Shown in pieces: positions 1 to 12,480 of a stretch of DNA of 64,000 nucleotides. Every line of letters starts with the position of its first letter. Within the stretch, counting starts at the first letter, position 1. Source of the DNA: Stegostoma tigrinum (taxonomy: Eukaryota); NCBI RefSeq assembly GCF_030684315.1, contig NC_081387.1, positions 11,056,822 through 11,120,821 on the forward strand. The letters are read 5' to 3'. The translations under genes and the position numbers were made by a program. Below the pieces are notes generated by a model. It had not been told where the DNA came from. It made no database searches and worked only from the letters and a program-made list of their open reading frames with translations.

Positions 1-384
1 ATAATACAGTATCAAGGGGCTATTTCCTAGCAGAAGTTGTTTTAAAAGAATACAGTAACCCTCCTTTGGTTGCCCACGTCGGGGTACTGGAGGAATACAG
101 TTCCTTCATGTAGTCATTTTCAGATTAAACATCAGTAATGCATTTGTGCTGTTGTCTGGCACACCACATTTTAGTTACAGCCATAAGATAAAGAATACAA
201 ACCCACGGCTTGTACAGACCATATGTCCTGTCGTACAAGGCTTAAAACTAAACAGAGAAACAGGAGACTGAATACAGAACAGACTGTGGACAAAAGGAGG
301 GAGGGCAGGATTCTTCTAAAACTCACAGGGGAGGCCTTAAAAAAAAGCCTCCTCAGGTACTCCCATCCAGAATTCCCTGTATGT

Positions 385-1650
385 TAAAACCCTTGTCCAG
401 GCAATCCTCTTCCCTAAACAATTGGCTATTATCAAATGCGCTGCCCATGCCTCCTGTATTTATTTAGGGTAATGCTTGGGTTGATCAGGCTGCCACAGAT
501 CAAACTTTTATTGTGCCCTCTATGAGCAAGCAGATCATAAATTGCTTACCTCCTTCCAACATCTCAAGCATGCCAGATATTGTCACTGTTCAGTGTTTAC
601 AGGGGGTCGCCCCTGACTCTGAAAAACAATTATGGAAGGCGCGTGGGTGTTGGCGCTCTGCGTCAAAAGGCCTCTGGGTCATTCCACTTGGCCAAGTGTG
701 TATACCTGATGCTTTGTTATCAATGCTTATTGACTGGTCAAGGAGTGCGGTGCGTAACAGGAAACACTCTTGCCAGGTAGTCTATTTAAGAGCATTAGCT
801 TGATTTTATTGAATTGCCACGTGTACATTGCTATAGGTATTGTCTTGTTACTGTTGATGTATTTAGTAGAAGAATCGAGGCCTTCCCAACCACTCATAAT
901 GAAGCCTCGACGGTGGTAAAATTACTACTGACAGAAATCATACCAAGATTCGGGGTACCTCGACAGATTAGTTCAGACAATGGCCTCCACTTTATTGGGG
1001 ATATTGACGATGAAATATGTGCTCATTTTGGGATCTGCCGCCAACTTCATTGTGCGTATCACCCTCAGACTGCGGGGCTTGTAGAACGCTGTAACCAAAC
1101 TTAAAAAAACTAAACTTGCCAAATTGACTTCTGTGACCAGTCTCTCCTGGGTTCAATTGTTGCCTCTGGTCTTATTCCACCTGCGTTGCACTCCCATGGG
1201 CAAAACTCGCTTGTCCCCAGCCGAAATCATTTACTGTTGAGCTTTCCGGGGATGATGCCCTTTCCCCTGTTCATTTCTACCACGTGACTGAAGACATCCT
1301 CCTGTATTCTTACTTCAACTAAAATTTTGTGAGGTCTTCACTCCCAGTCCTTGCTGCCTATGAGAAGCTCCCCTCCCTGACACTGTTCCAACTGTTGAAC
1401 CCAGCTCCTTCGTTCTCATCAAGAATTGGATGCGCCGCGGCCTCCAACCTCGATGGGAAGTCCCCTTCCAGGTTCCCCTCACCACCCCTACTGCTGCTAA
1501 GGTCGCTGGGCGCTCCGCCTGGGTTCACTTCCATCATTGCAATGTCATCGGTCTAGCCCCTTCCGAAGCGGGGAGATGAAGGAGATGGAGACGATGAGGG
1601 ACTGGGGAAGGAACCAGAATCAGTTGGTTACAGACCAGACTCCTAAGATA
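385..1650 (+). mobile_element. pol: Endogenous retrovirus pol remnant (RNase H + integrase), gamma/epsilon-like, degenerate
   Basis: RNase H-like LVQAILFPKQLAIIKCAAH...GNAWVDQAA at about 390-500. Integrase core YRYCLVTVDVFSRRIEAFPT...IIPRFGVPRQISSDNG...CAYHPQTAGLVERCNQT at 814-1104. C-terminal RWEVPFQVPLTTPTAAKVAGRSAWVHFHHC at about 1451-1540. Stops and frameshifts present. Confidence 0.9.
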
Positions 1651-1696
1651 CAACCAAAACTGCATGTTTCGAATAATAATTCTTCTTTTGTTTTAG

Positions 1697-2830
1697 ATAT
1701 CCTACTCCTTGCCCCAGGACGACCAGAAGGAATCTCCCGGCCATTCTAGATTCTCCTGCCAACACCAACAGCTGCCAAAGTCCAGAGGACAGAGCCGCTG
1801 GATTCACCTGAGTGATTGTAAACGATGGGCCCCCGCAAAAGGATTAAAGCCTGCTATTGGGCTTTCCATTGTCATGGCTGCCTTTACAGCATTAAGCCAA
1901 AAGGACAATTTGTTTTTTATGGCTCATATCCTTTTATGTGGAAACCGCACTGTGTGTCACCCACTTGCCCTGTCAGTAGAGGCGTTATTTGCAACCACCC
2001 CTGGATGGACGCCCTTTGACTTATACACGACTGACACGTCTAACACCTCTTGCATAGGCCAGACAAAGTATTCACGGGAGATGTGTAGAGCTGATAAACT
2101 GAAACAGGACAGAGTCCCCCAATTGTTCGAACCTGCTAAGTTACCAGCTTTGCTTTTCAGGACAGGGATGGGGATGCGTATACGCTCCAGTCCCCAGTGG
2201 CACCTCCTGTGCGCAGATGCAGTGCTCCCGCCAACAAAGGCCTGTTTACATGCACTTGCGATGAACAAAGATGTCTCAACATAACTGCCGGTAGACAGTT
2301 TAATTGTGGCCAATGTAATGGGACACATGTCAGTTCAGCCACCTGGACGTATCTGTTTGATACCGACCAACTGGTGGGGTCAGGCAGAGACTCCAGCCAG
2401 CCGGAGAACTGGTGGTACAAACAATTCACACAGGAAAATAATCAGGAGGTCAAATGCTATTGAGCTAAGAAAGGCTTTGTGTTCCTCCTTAATGGGATAT
2501 ACACAACAGCCACCCCGACCCTTCCAGTCCTCTTTGCAGTTGGTACTATCGGATCACTTACTGTCCCATGTCCCCAGTGAGGACATACCCACAGGAAGAT
2601 TGTAACCTGAGCCATTAGCGCAAAATTTTGTGCAGATTGGGAGGACACCAGTCACACTGGGGCCCTCGCTTGGCTACGGGTTCCTCGGATCCCGGTCTCT
2701 AGGGGGATCACCGGGAGTCATTAGTGTTAAAAATAAGAGCTACCTTATTTATGGATTAACCATCCTCTTCCTTGGAGTCAGAGGAGTATTGGCAGGCCTT
2801 GGTGTCCATCCGCTTGGACTGACCTAATCT
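1697..2830 (+). mobile_element. env: ERV env remnant (Cys-rich SU-like part and start of TM), frameshifted and truncated
   Basis: Polypyrimidine-AG acceptor at 1680-1696 after pol. Then a hydrophobic signal-like stretch (AIGLSIVMAAFTALSQ), Cys-rich segments with N-glycosylation sequons (CLNITAG, CNGTH), a basic cleavage-like site, and a fusion-peptide-like SLGYGFLGSRSLGG. Confidence 0.65.
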
Positions 2831-2849
2831 GTGCTCTCCTGCCCTATGG

Positions 2850-3448
2850 TGTGGTCACGGAATGACCAAAGCAGGAAGATAAGAATCTGAAACTTGGATA
2901 CAGGCACAAGATGGCTTCTCGGTGCAAGTTAGCAACAAAATGGCTTCTAGCCTGGGAACTGTAAATTCTGCTAGAGCTGCTCTTTTAGCCTAGGAACTCT
3001 GAGATTTGCTGGAGCTACATAAATAATGCAGTAATGATAAGATAATGTAGTACTATCTATTCTAGCTGACCTTCAGTACAAATGTTATGGCACTATATGG
3101 TGAGACAAAAGTAACCTAGACATGGTGACATAAGTTGTTTACCAGTATTGGATGATGTAACTGTCAATGAAGCAACGTCATGTATTGACTGGTAATTGTT
3201 TGAAAACACGATGCAATCACGCCAAGTACCCTGCTTTAAGAAAAGTATAAAAAATGTCTTTGTATTAACCCGTGGTGTGCAGCTCCTCCGAGGAATCTGG
3301 AAGTGCTCAACTTCTGTGTTTTCCAGATGATCTGTACCCGGCCGATTGAAGAAATACAGTGTAAAGCCTCAAACAGCCAGACCGACTGCGAGCGTTCATT
3401 GACTGAGCACGGAATAGAGAGACCCCACCGGGGGTCTAGACTTGCACA
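2850..3448 (+). mobile_element. Probable 3' LTR of the ERV
   Basis: Follows env, starts TG, contains short internal repeats (AAGATGGCTTCT/AAAATGGCTTCT) and a TATA box (AGTATAAAAAA at about 3244). Boundaries are uncertain and no clear polypurine tract was seen. Confidence 0.5.
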
Positions 3449-3599
3449 ATCAAAAGTTCTAAATCAGTTCTGTGTAGTCTTTACAGAGGGGAATAAAACT
3501 AGAATCTTGACATTTCTTAGAAATTCTCTACAACTCCAAAATGCAAAAGCATTTTCAACTTACATGGGAAGCTATTTATGTTTATTTTGAGGTGCCAAG

Positions 3600-4500
3600 A
3601 GGGTCTGACAACTGAACCAACACTTGTTATAGTTTGGCAGAAAGTCCTTAGATGACAGTCTTTCTCCACTGCACCTTGGTAGCCGCTGCCCCAAATTTTG
3701 AGGGTCCTTCAGCAAGTAGTCCTGGACCTTGGAATGTGCCAGTCTGCAACACTTGGTTGAAGTCAACTCTTTATTTACCCTGGAAGACCAACAAGCAGTC
3801 AACAATAGTGTCCTTCACCATGTTGATGGTCCTCCAGATGCAGTTGATGTTTGTTTCGATATATGTCTCAGGCAATGGCCTGTAGAGCACAGACTACTGC
3901 ATAATGGAGGTGCTTGGGACAACGACAAAAGTCATTGCATCTTTCTCCAGACCTTCTTTGCAAAGGCATGATCTATAAGGAGCTATGTGACACTCTGTTA
4001 ACTAGTGAAGCCGCTTCAAGGGCAGCGTGCAATAGCACACGAGAGATGAGGCATGAATGAATGATCTGATGGGCAGTGCCATTCTCACCGCCAGCCAAGC
4101 TATGACTTGGTGCTTGTTAGAAAGCTCTGATGATGAGATATTTTACATAACATCTTTGAGAGTCCACTTTGGGAACCTCCCAAGAAAGAATCCACCCTTT
4201 CCTTTTCCATTACGTGGTCTTGAGGACATTCCGTGCTGACGACTTCCGATGGACTTGTGGTCAAAGGTGTTTTTCTTCTATGCAAATTTTTCCATGAAAG
4301 GTGATATAGAATAGTCCAGCTACTTGGAGTATTCCAGGGCTGTGAGGCCAGATCCATCCTCTACGACACCAGAAACTGGTAGAACCCCAGTGCTTAGTGA
4401 TACTTGTCTATCAAGGGTCTACACACTACTTGATCGAACTACACAAAGGACAGCATAAGGGGGGCATTGGACACATCTTCTCTCCCCTGCTTCAAATCCA
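3600..4500 (-). mobile_element. Tx1/L1-clade LINE ORF2 3' remnant
   Basis: Minus-strand KELTSTKCCRLAHSKVQDYLLKD resembles the C-terminus of fish and shark Tx1-type ORF2; heavily degraded. Confidence 0.65.
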
Positions 4501-4530
4501 TATCTCCCTATGGACATGGTCTAATGAAGT

Positions 4531-4825
4531 GGTACAATGGCTCAGTGGTTAGCACTGCTGCCTCACAGCACCAGGGACTCGGGTTCAACTCCACCCACGG
4601 GGTGATTGACTGCGTGGAGTTCGCACATTCTCTCCATGTCTGTGTGGGTTTCCTTTGGGTCCTCTCGCTGCCTCCCACAGTTCAAAGACATGCAGGTTAA
4701 GTGGATTGGCCATGCTAAATTATCCATAGTATTCAGGGAGGTGTAGATTAGGTGGGATGCTCTGAAGGTTGGTATGACTTGCTGGGCCAACAGGTCTGTT
4801 TCTGCACTGTAGGGATTCTATGATA
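4531..4825 (+). mobile_element. tRNA-derived SINE (HE1-like)
   Basis: Pol III A box TGGCTCAGTGGTTAGC, B box GGGTTCAACTCC, shark SINE body and CR1-like tail. Confidence 0.85.
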
Positions 4826-4849
4826 ATTCTTTACTGTTTGCATCACATG

Positions 4850-5490
4850 TATACAGGGTGGTTAAAAAGGCATTTGACACACTTGTCTTCATTGCTCAGT
4901 CCTTTGATTTTCTGAGTTGGGACATTTTGTTGAGGTAGTACAGGACGTTAGCCAGGCCTGTTCTGGAATGCTGTGTCCAGTTCTGGTCTCTCAGTTTTAG
5001 GAAGGATATTATCAAGCTGGAGAGGGCTCAGAAGAGATTTACGAGGACGTTGCTGGGCATGGAAGGTTTGAGTTATGAGGAAAGAATGGATAGACTTGGA
5101 CTTTTGTTGCTGGAACATAGGAGGTTGAGAGCTGACCTGACAGAAGTTTATAAAATAATGAGAAGGACAGATAGAGTTGTTGATTGTTTTTTTTCCTCTA
5201 AGATGAGAAATTTCAAGACTAGGGGACACATTTTTAAGGTGAGAGGAGAGAGATTTTTAAAAAAGATAGAAAGCAAGTTTTTTACACAGAAGATGGTCCG
5301 CATGTGGAATGAACTTCCTGAGCAAATGGCAGATGTGGGTAAAATTATAATGTTTAAAAGATATTTGGAGAATATATGAATAGGAGAGGTTTGGAGGGAT
5401 GTGGACCAGGGGCAGGCAGGTGTGACTAGTTTAGCTTAGGATTATGTTTGGCATGGATTGGTTTGACTGCAGAGTTGCTTCCCTCTATGG
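4850..5490 (+). mobile_element. CR1 LINE 3' fragment (old)
   Basis: LSYEERMDRLGL...RRLRADLTEVYKIM...FFTQKMVRMWNELP motif. Confidence 0.85.
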
Positions 5491-5569
5491 AAGAAGAAAA
5501 TTCTCCTCACCTCTGCCCTTAAAGGGTCAACTTAATCTTAAAATAGTGCTGCCACGTCCTGTGCTCAGC

Positions 5570-6972
5570 TATAGACCAGTGAGCCCTACCTCAGTTGTTG
5601 GATTATAGACCAGTGAGCCTTACATCAGTTGTTGGTAAAGTGTCGGAAAAAGTTATAAGGGATAGGATTTATAATCATCTAGAAAAGAATAAATTGATTA
5701 GGGACAGTCAGCACGGTTTTGTGAAGGGAAGGTTGTGCCTCACAAACCTTATTGAGTTCTTCGAGAAGGTGACCAAACAGGTAGATGAGAGTAAACCGGT
5801 TGATATGGTGTATATGGATTTCAGCAAGGCGTTCGATAAGGTTCCCCACAGTCGGCTATTGTACAAAATGCGGAGGAATGGGATTGTGGGAGATATAGCA
5901 GTTTGGATCGGAAATTGGCTTGCTGAAAGAAGACAGAAGGTAGTAGTTGATGGGAAATGTTCATCCTGGAGACCAGCTGCTAGTGGTGTACCGCAAGGGT
6001 CAGTGTTGGGTCCACTGCTGTTTGTCATTTTTATAAATGACCTGGATGAGGGCATAGAAGGATGGGTTAGTAAATTTGCAGACAACACTAAGGTCGGTGG
6101 AGCTGTGGATAGTGACAAAGGATGCTGTAGGTTGCAGAGAGACATAGATAAGCTGCAGAGCTGGGCTGAGAGGTGGCAAATAGAGTTTAATGCAGGTAAG
6201 TGTGAGGTGATGCACTTTGGTAGGAGTAACCAGAAGGCAAAGTACAGGGCTAATGGTAAGATTCTTAGCAGTGTAGATGAGCAGAGAGATCTCGGTGTCC
6301 ATGTACACAGATCGTTCAAAGTTGCCACCCAGGTTGACAGGGCTGTTAAGAAGGCACACAGTGTTTTAGCTTTTATTAATAGAGAGATCGAGTTCTGGAA
6401 CCAAGAGGTTATGGTGAAGCTGTACAAAACTCTGGTGCAGCCGCACTTGGAGTATTGTGTACAGTTCTGGTCACCGCATTATATGAAGGATGTGGAAGCT
6501 TTGGAAAGGGTGCAGAGGAGATTTACTAGGATGTTGCCTGGTACGGAGGGAAGGTCTTACGAGGAAAGGTTGAGGGACTTGAGGCTGTTTTCATTGGAGA
6601 GAAGAAGGTTGAGAGGTGACTTAATTGAAACATATAAAATAATCAGAGGGTTAGATAGGGTGAATAGGGAGAGCCTTTTTCCTAGGATGGTGACAGCGAG
6701 CACGAGGGGGCATAGCTTTAAATTGAGGGGTGAAAGATATAGGACAGATGTCAGAGGTAGTTTCTTTACTCAGAGAGTAGTAAGGGAATGGAACGCTTTG
6801 CCTGCAACGGTAGTAGATTCACCAACTTTAGGTACATTTAAGTCGTCATTGGGCAAGCATATGGACGTACATGGAGTAGTGTAGGTTAGATGGGCTTGAG
6901 ATTGGTATGACAGGTCGGCACAACATCGAGGACCGAAAGGCCTGTACTGTGCTGCAATGTTCTATGTTCTAT
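5570..6972 (+). mobile_element. 5'-truncated young CR1 LINE with open RT/C-terminal ORF (5595-6884)
   Basis: YRPVSLTS, YMDFSKAFDKV, GVPQGSVLGP and KFADNTK RT motifs; 3' (TGTTCTA)n tail. Confidence 0.95.
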
Positions 6973-7356
6973 AAGAAGAAGCGTCCTTTCCAGATGCACC
7001 TTGTCAAGAACTGTTCACAATGTTATACACGTCAGTCAAATCACCTCTCACTTACCTAACTCCAGTGGAAAACAAGCCCAATCTGTGCAATGTTTCCTCA
7101 TAAACCAATTCACCCATTCTGGGCTACCTCCACAAAGAATTTAAACATTCTGTGAGTACCAGTTGTAGCATTTCAGGATATGCTGACTCAATTACTATCC
7201 CTTATAAATGTTGTAAGCACTTTAACATCAAAACGCAATTTTAGTTTCCCTGCCTGCGCATCATGGAATCTGCTTCTCTGGACTGGCAGCTCGGCACTGA
7301 TCCTCCCTCCTGTGCTCTGGGTCTGACTCCTCTCTAATAGTGAGAAAAGGTCTTAC

Positions 7357-7620
7357 CGTAAATCACTACCAGCTTGTCCTCCAGCCCGCTGTGTTCCACC
7401 TGACAGGAATACTCAGCCTGATCCACCGGATCAAACTCCATCCATTTCCGGATCTGGTAGGTCCTGTCATGATTGGGTAAGATTCCAGTGGACAGTGTCT
7501 CATCAACCAATACTCCATCCCTCCACAGGGTCACCTCGATGGCTTGGGGGTAAAACCCAGTAACGAGACAGGACAGCTGGTTGGAATTGCCCAGACGGGT
7601 AAGGGACACGATGGGGGCAA
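7357..7620 (-). CDS. MHC class I gene A, exon 4 (alpha3, Ig C1 domain)
   Basis: 264 nt, AG/GT-bounded, phase 1-1. LSCLVTGFYPQAIEVTLWRDG...LPNHDRTYQ...YSCQVEHSGL with both Cys. Confidence 0.96.
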
Positions 7621-7745
7621 CTGAGGGAGAGAGGAAGAGGAGTGAGTGCAGGAGCATCAAGATAGAGAGAATGACTATTATTTTTCCCCTTATTCACTGA
7701 ATGCCCCCCCCCCCGCCCCAGTTTACTCAGTTGCCCCTTACTCAC

Positions 7746-8018
7746 CTACACTCAGTTCTCTCTGTCCATATTCCAGGTATTTCCTCAGCCACTCAACACA
7801 CTCCACCTCCAAAAAATGCTTCCATTGCTGGTTGTTGAACTTATCCTGGTCCAAGTTGTTTTTGATGCTGTCCGCCCAGGGGACTTGGGTCACCCACACG
7901 ACATGATCCTTATCGAAACTGATAATGCCTTGTCCATCCCACCCATATTGATTGACAGCACTCACCATCTCATTGTCCCTCAGATCACAACCGATCATCA
8001 TCTGCAATGTGTGAATCC
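7746..8018 (-). CDS. MHC class I gene A, exon 3 (alpha2)
   Basis: 273 nt, AG/GT-bounded, phase 1-1. GIHTLQMMIGCD...QYGWDG...ECVEWLRKYLEYG with the C101/C164 pair. Confidence 0.96.
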
Positions 8019-8199
8019 CTGTCAATCCGGAACACAATTAGAGACAGTCACAGTGGGAGACCAAGGCTATCAGACCCACAAACACTGCCAATCAGCTTCT
8101 GGATCCCCAATCCTGATCCACGCCTGATTTCTCCCCATTCCATCCCAAACCCCCTGACTATACAGGAAGATCTAGAGTGGTGGACAGCTGAGCACTCAC

Positions 8200-8460
8200 C
8201 GTCTGTCTGGTTGGTCAGTGACATCACTATTGGAAAATAGTGTCTGAAAACATCCTCCCGCTTCTGAATGAGGAATAGTTTCCTTTTCCACAACTCAGGC
8301 CCCTCACTCTCCACCATCCACTGTTCCCGGGGGATTAGCTCTTTCCGATCACTGTCGTACATAACAAACTGGACCCCATCCACATAACCAACAAGCACAA
8401 ACTCTGGGAAACTGGGAATTGGAGTCATGCCAGTGGCAAAATACCGGACAGAGTGAGTGT
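8200..8460 (-). CDS. MHC class I gene A, exon 2 (alpha1)
   Basis: 261 nt, AG/GT-bounded, phase 1-1. THSVRYF...PEFVLVGYVDGVQFVMYDSD...WM...NQT sequon. Confidence 0.96.
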
Positions 8461-8609
8461 CTGAAACACAGAGACAAAAACAGTGGGGCATGAATTCCTC
8501 AATATCAATCACAAAACTCCAAGTGAATACTGAGAGAGACCTCCCTTTACGTTCCATACCTCTGTTTATAAAGCCAGAATTCCATCCACATCTTTAACCA
8601 TTTTCTGAA

Positions 8610-9030
8610 CCATCTCCCCTCCCCCCACTGCATCCCAAAACCAGCCCAGCTCATCCCCGCCTGCCTAACCTGTTCTTTCTCTCACCTATCTCCTCCTCCC
8701 ATCTCAAGCCGCACCCCCATTTCCTACCTACTAACCTCATCCCACCCCCTTGACCTGTCCCTCCTCCCCAGACTAACCTATCCCCTCCCTACCTCCCCCT
8801 CCATGCTCCCCTCTCCACCTATCTTCTCCTCTATCCATCTTCAGTCTGCCTCCCCCTCTCTTCCTATTTATTTCAGAGTCATCTCCCCATCCCCCTTTTC
8901 TGATGAAGGGTCTAGGCCCAAAACGTCAGCTTTTGTGCTCCTAAGATGCTGCTTGGCCTGTTGTATTCATCCAGCTCCACACTTTGTTATCTCGGATTCT
9001 CCACCATCTGCAGTTCCCATTATCTCCGAC
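8610..9030 (+). mobile_element. Penelope-like element 3' end/pLTR fragment
   Basis: Nearly identical to the 3' end of the Penelope copy at 20270-20700 (minus); contains CTGATGAAGGGTCTAGGCCCAAAACGTC. Confidence 0.85.
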
Positions 9031-10899
9031 CAACATTTTTTGTTTATATTTATATTCCTGGTCTCTCTGATCCTGCATAGGGTTTAGAAATTAAAAGTTT
9101 ACTTTGTCTTTTCACATTCTTCTTGTCAAAACATGTAATTCTCCACTGTTCTACATTAAACCTCATAGGGGACTTCTTGGCCCTTTCCACCAACAAATTT
9201 GAGTGCTTTTCTGAGGTTCAGCAACCAAGAATCTATGATCAGAAAAGATTAGGGCATTCTTTCCAGTTGGAAAGAACGCAACAAGATGAAAATGGCAGTT
9301 TCTGACAATGTTTGTAGACACAAGAAGAGTTTGATTTTCAAATGAATGCCATAATGTTCAGAAGAAAGGGTTGAGGCACAAACTTTCAGGCAGACCTAGT
9401 TGTTAACCTGCAGAGTCTATTATTTACTTAGCTGCTGGTAACAAACTGATTCAGAAGTTCAGAATATGTAATTAATGGTCTTGAAATCTAAAGAAATTTC
9501 TATCAAATGTAACTGGCCATCAACCGGATAATGGCTGGTCATTAATGAGCTTATTCATCGTCACATTGGAGTTTGCATCTCCCTGATCAATCCATTGAAC
9601 CTGCCCTTGATTATCAATAGTTTTTGCATCCCTGGCAGAATAGGTCAGGGGCAGAGAACGGGGTCTGATCTCTTCTTGTTTCAATGTCTTTTTTCAGTAT
9701 CTTCACACAATAACAGGTAAGAAACTGTCTTTCCTAAGTCACTCTGTAATCCACTGTAAAAAGCTTCACAACCATGATCACTTTGTAAGTCATATGATCT
9801 GTGGAAACCATTTTAAAATGCAGCAGTCAGTTTTTTTTTCAACAAGAGCGAAGTACCAATTTTAACACTTGCAATATCCTTCATGTTTCCATGGACATGA
9901 AAACATTCAAAGCTGAGTTAGATGGATTTTTGATGTACTTGGGGGTTAAAGGCTTTGGAGAATAGGCAGATAGCTAGAGATATTAAATGCAGATAGAGCT
10001 ATATCCATGGAGAATGCACCTATTAATGCTGATTGACCATTCACCTCAAAGCTTTGTTTAGAGAGTTAAACAAGGCAGCTTGACACTCATTGGTCAATCC
10101 ATTACGCTGAGAAAAGAGCCAAGAAATGCTGTTGAATTGAACTGTATTTTTAATCTCTTGCAATACTTCAGTTTTGTCCATGAAGGAACAATGTCATTCT
10201 AATTATTTTTGGAATTTGGAGCGCAAAATACAAGCAGGTGCCCAGTTACAAGGAAGGAACTTGAGCGAGAGGAGGATGAAAGAAGCATCCCTGGAAACAT
10301 CTCTAGAGAAAAGCAAACAGATGTCAACAGATGTGGGACCCTCTTTCAGAAGAAACTGATTTCAAGGAACCTATGGTATGAAGGGACACAATTTTTCAAG
10401 AGCAGCTATTGGCCAGAAGGAGCCTGCCAAGTCTGCCAACGGGATTCAACACAAGGTTTGGGATCATCACCCATGCAAGCAGTCATAGAACCCACGATCA
10501 GTAACATGGAATTTCCTAGGTGCACAATCATATTCATTATGGAGTATTTGCTGGTGACCATTCATGATGATTGTCGGCAATTTCAGTAAGTAGTTTTCAA
10601 TAATTTTCTCCAAAAGTCAATGTATCTTTCCTCAACAGTGATTAATCCAGCATTTGGCAAAGAGCAGGCCTTGGTGATGATTGTACTGTTGAGTTTTTGA
10701 CAGATTTTTTTGTGTCGTCTGCAAAATTTTGATACATTACACTTGGTCCCCAACTCTAAATCATGTACATAAATGTAAACAGTTGCAGTGCCAACACTGA
10801 TCCCTGAGATACACAATTAGTCATTGATCGCCAACAAGAAAAATGCCCATTTACTCCTCACCCTTTGATTTCTATTAGTTAACCAATCTTCCGTCCATG

Positions 10900-11730
10900 C
10901 TAATATCTTGGTCAGGTGTGCCAGTGGGCTGAGGAATGGCAGATCAAGTTTAATTTAGATAAATGTGAAGTGCTGCATTTGGAAAGGCAAATAAATCAGG
11001 GCAGGACATAAACACTAAATTGTAAGGTCATGAGAGTGTTGCTGAACAGAGACCTTGGAATGCAGTTCCCTGAAAGTGGAGCCACAGGTAGATAGGATAG
11101 TGAAGAAGGCGTTTGGTGTGTTTGCCTTTATTGGTCAGTGCAATAGGTATAGGAGTTGGGAGGTCATGTTGCAGCTGTACAGGACATTGGTCAGTTTTGG
11201 AATACTGCATTCAATTCTGGTCTCCCTGCGATAAGAAGGATACTGTGAAACTTGGAAGGGTTCAGAAAAGATTTACAAGAATGTTGCCAAAGATGTTGGA
11301 GGCTTTGAACTGTAGAGGGAGGCTGAACAGGCTGGAGCTATTTTCTCTGGAGTGTCAGATGCTGAAGGGTGACCTTATAGAGGCTTATAAAATCATGAGG
11401 GGCATAGATAGAGTGAATGGACAAACTCTTTTCTCCAGGGTATGGGAGTCCAAAACTAGAGGGCACAGGTTTAAGGTGACAGGGGAAAGATTTAAAAGGG
11501 ACCCAAGGGGCAACTTTTCATGCAGATGATGGTGTGTGTATGGCATGCGTGGTGGAGACTGGTACAATTATAACATTTAAAAGTCATCTGGATGAGTATA
11601 TGAATATGAAGGGTTTAGAGAGATATCGGCCAAATGCTGATAAATAGGACAACATTTATTTAGGATATCTGGTTGGCATGGATGAGTTGGACAGAAGGGT
11701 CTGTTTCCTTACCATACATCTCTATGACTC
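10900..11730 (+). mobile_element. CR1 LINE 3' fragment
   Basis: LEYCIQFWSP...RVQKRFTRMLP...GDLIEAYKIMRG motifs and CR1-type tail. Confidence 0.85.
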
Positions 11731-11749
11731 CAATACATTATGCATACAC

Positions 11750-12480
11750 CTTTCTCTTTTCAGTAGTCTTTTGTGAAGCACCTTGTTGAATGCTTTCTAG
11801 AAATCCAGGTACAGAACATCCAGGCAGGGACCCATTGTCCACTGTGCTCATAATGTCCTCAAACAAGTACACTGTTCAAATCCCATTTTGCTGCCTTTGG
11901 CCCTTCCTGCACTTTTATACCTTGGCACCACAAGTACACATCTAAATCCTTCTTAAATGTTATTCAGGCTTCTGCCTGGACTACCCTTAATCGCAGTGAG
12001 TTCCAGATTCCTACTAGTCTCTGAGTGAAAATGTCCATTCAAAGGGGAACAGTTTCTTCCTGTCTACCCTGTCTATGTCCCTTATAATTTTATACATCTC
12101 AATCATGTCCCTCTCAGTTTTCTTTGCCGTAGGGAAAACAACCCCTGTATGTCCAATCTCGCTTCATAAGTGAAAGTCCATAGATCTGGTAAATCTTCTC
12201 TGCACCCTCTGCAGTTCAATCACATCCCTCCTATAATATGGCTTCCAGAAGTGGACATAGTACTCCAGCTGTGGGCTAAGTAATGAAATATACACTTGCA
12301 GCATCACCTCCTTTCACTTAAATTCTATACCTCAGTAAATAAAGCCAAGTATCTATAATGCCTTCTTAACCAGTTTATCCACCTATTCTGATATCTTAAA
12401 GGGGACTGGTGGGCATACACACAAGATCCCTCTGACTTTGATGTTGCCCGGGTCCCACCATTCATCATGTATTCCCTTGC
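11750..12480 (-). mobile_element. Old CR1 LINE 3' fragment
   Basis: Reverse-complement similarity to the CR1 C-terminal region seen elsewhere in the window. Confidence 0.6.

Noticed and set aside
67-85. TGGTTGCCCACGTCGGGG as retroviral primer-binding site
   Set aside because: Only loose similarity to a tRNA-Lys PBS, with no recognisable LTR end or gag next to it.
4531-4600. tRNA gene
   Set aside because: It is the tRNA-derived head of a multi-copy SINE.
5708-6427. 239-aa antisense ORF (and similar at 40734-41249, 18786-19070)
   Set aside because: Shadow frames opposite CR1 RT coding sequence.
10174-10589. 126-aa ORF as a separate gene
   Set aside because: No recognisable domain or exon context; probably an old TE fragment, but cannot be assigned.
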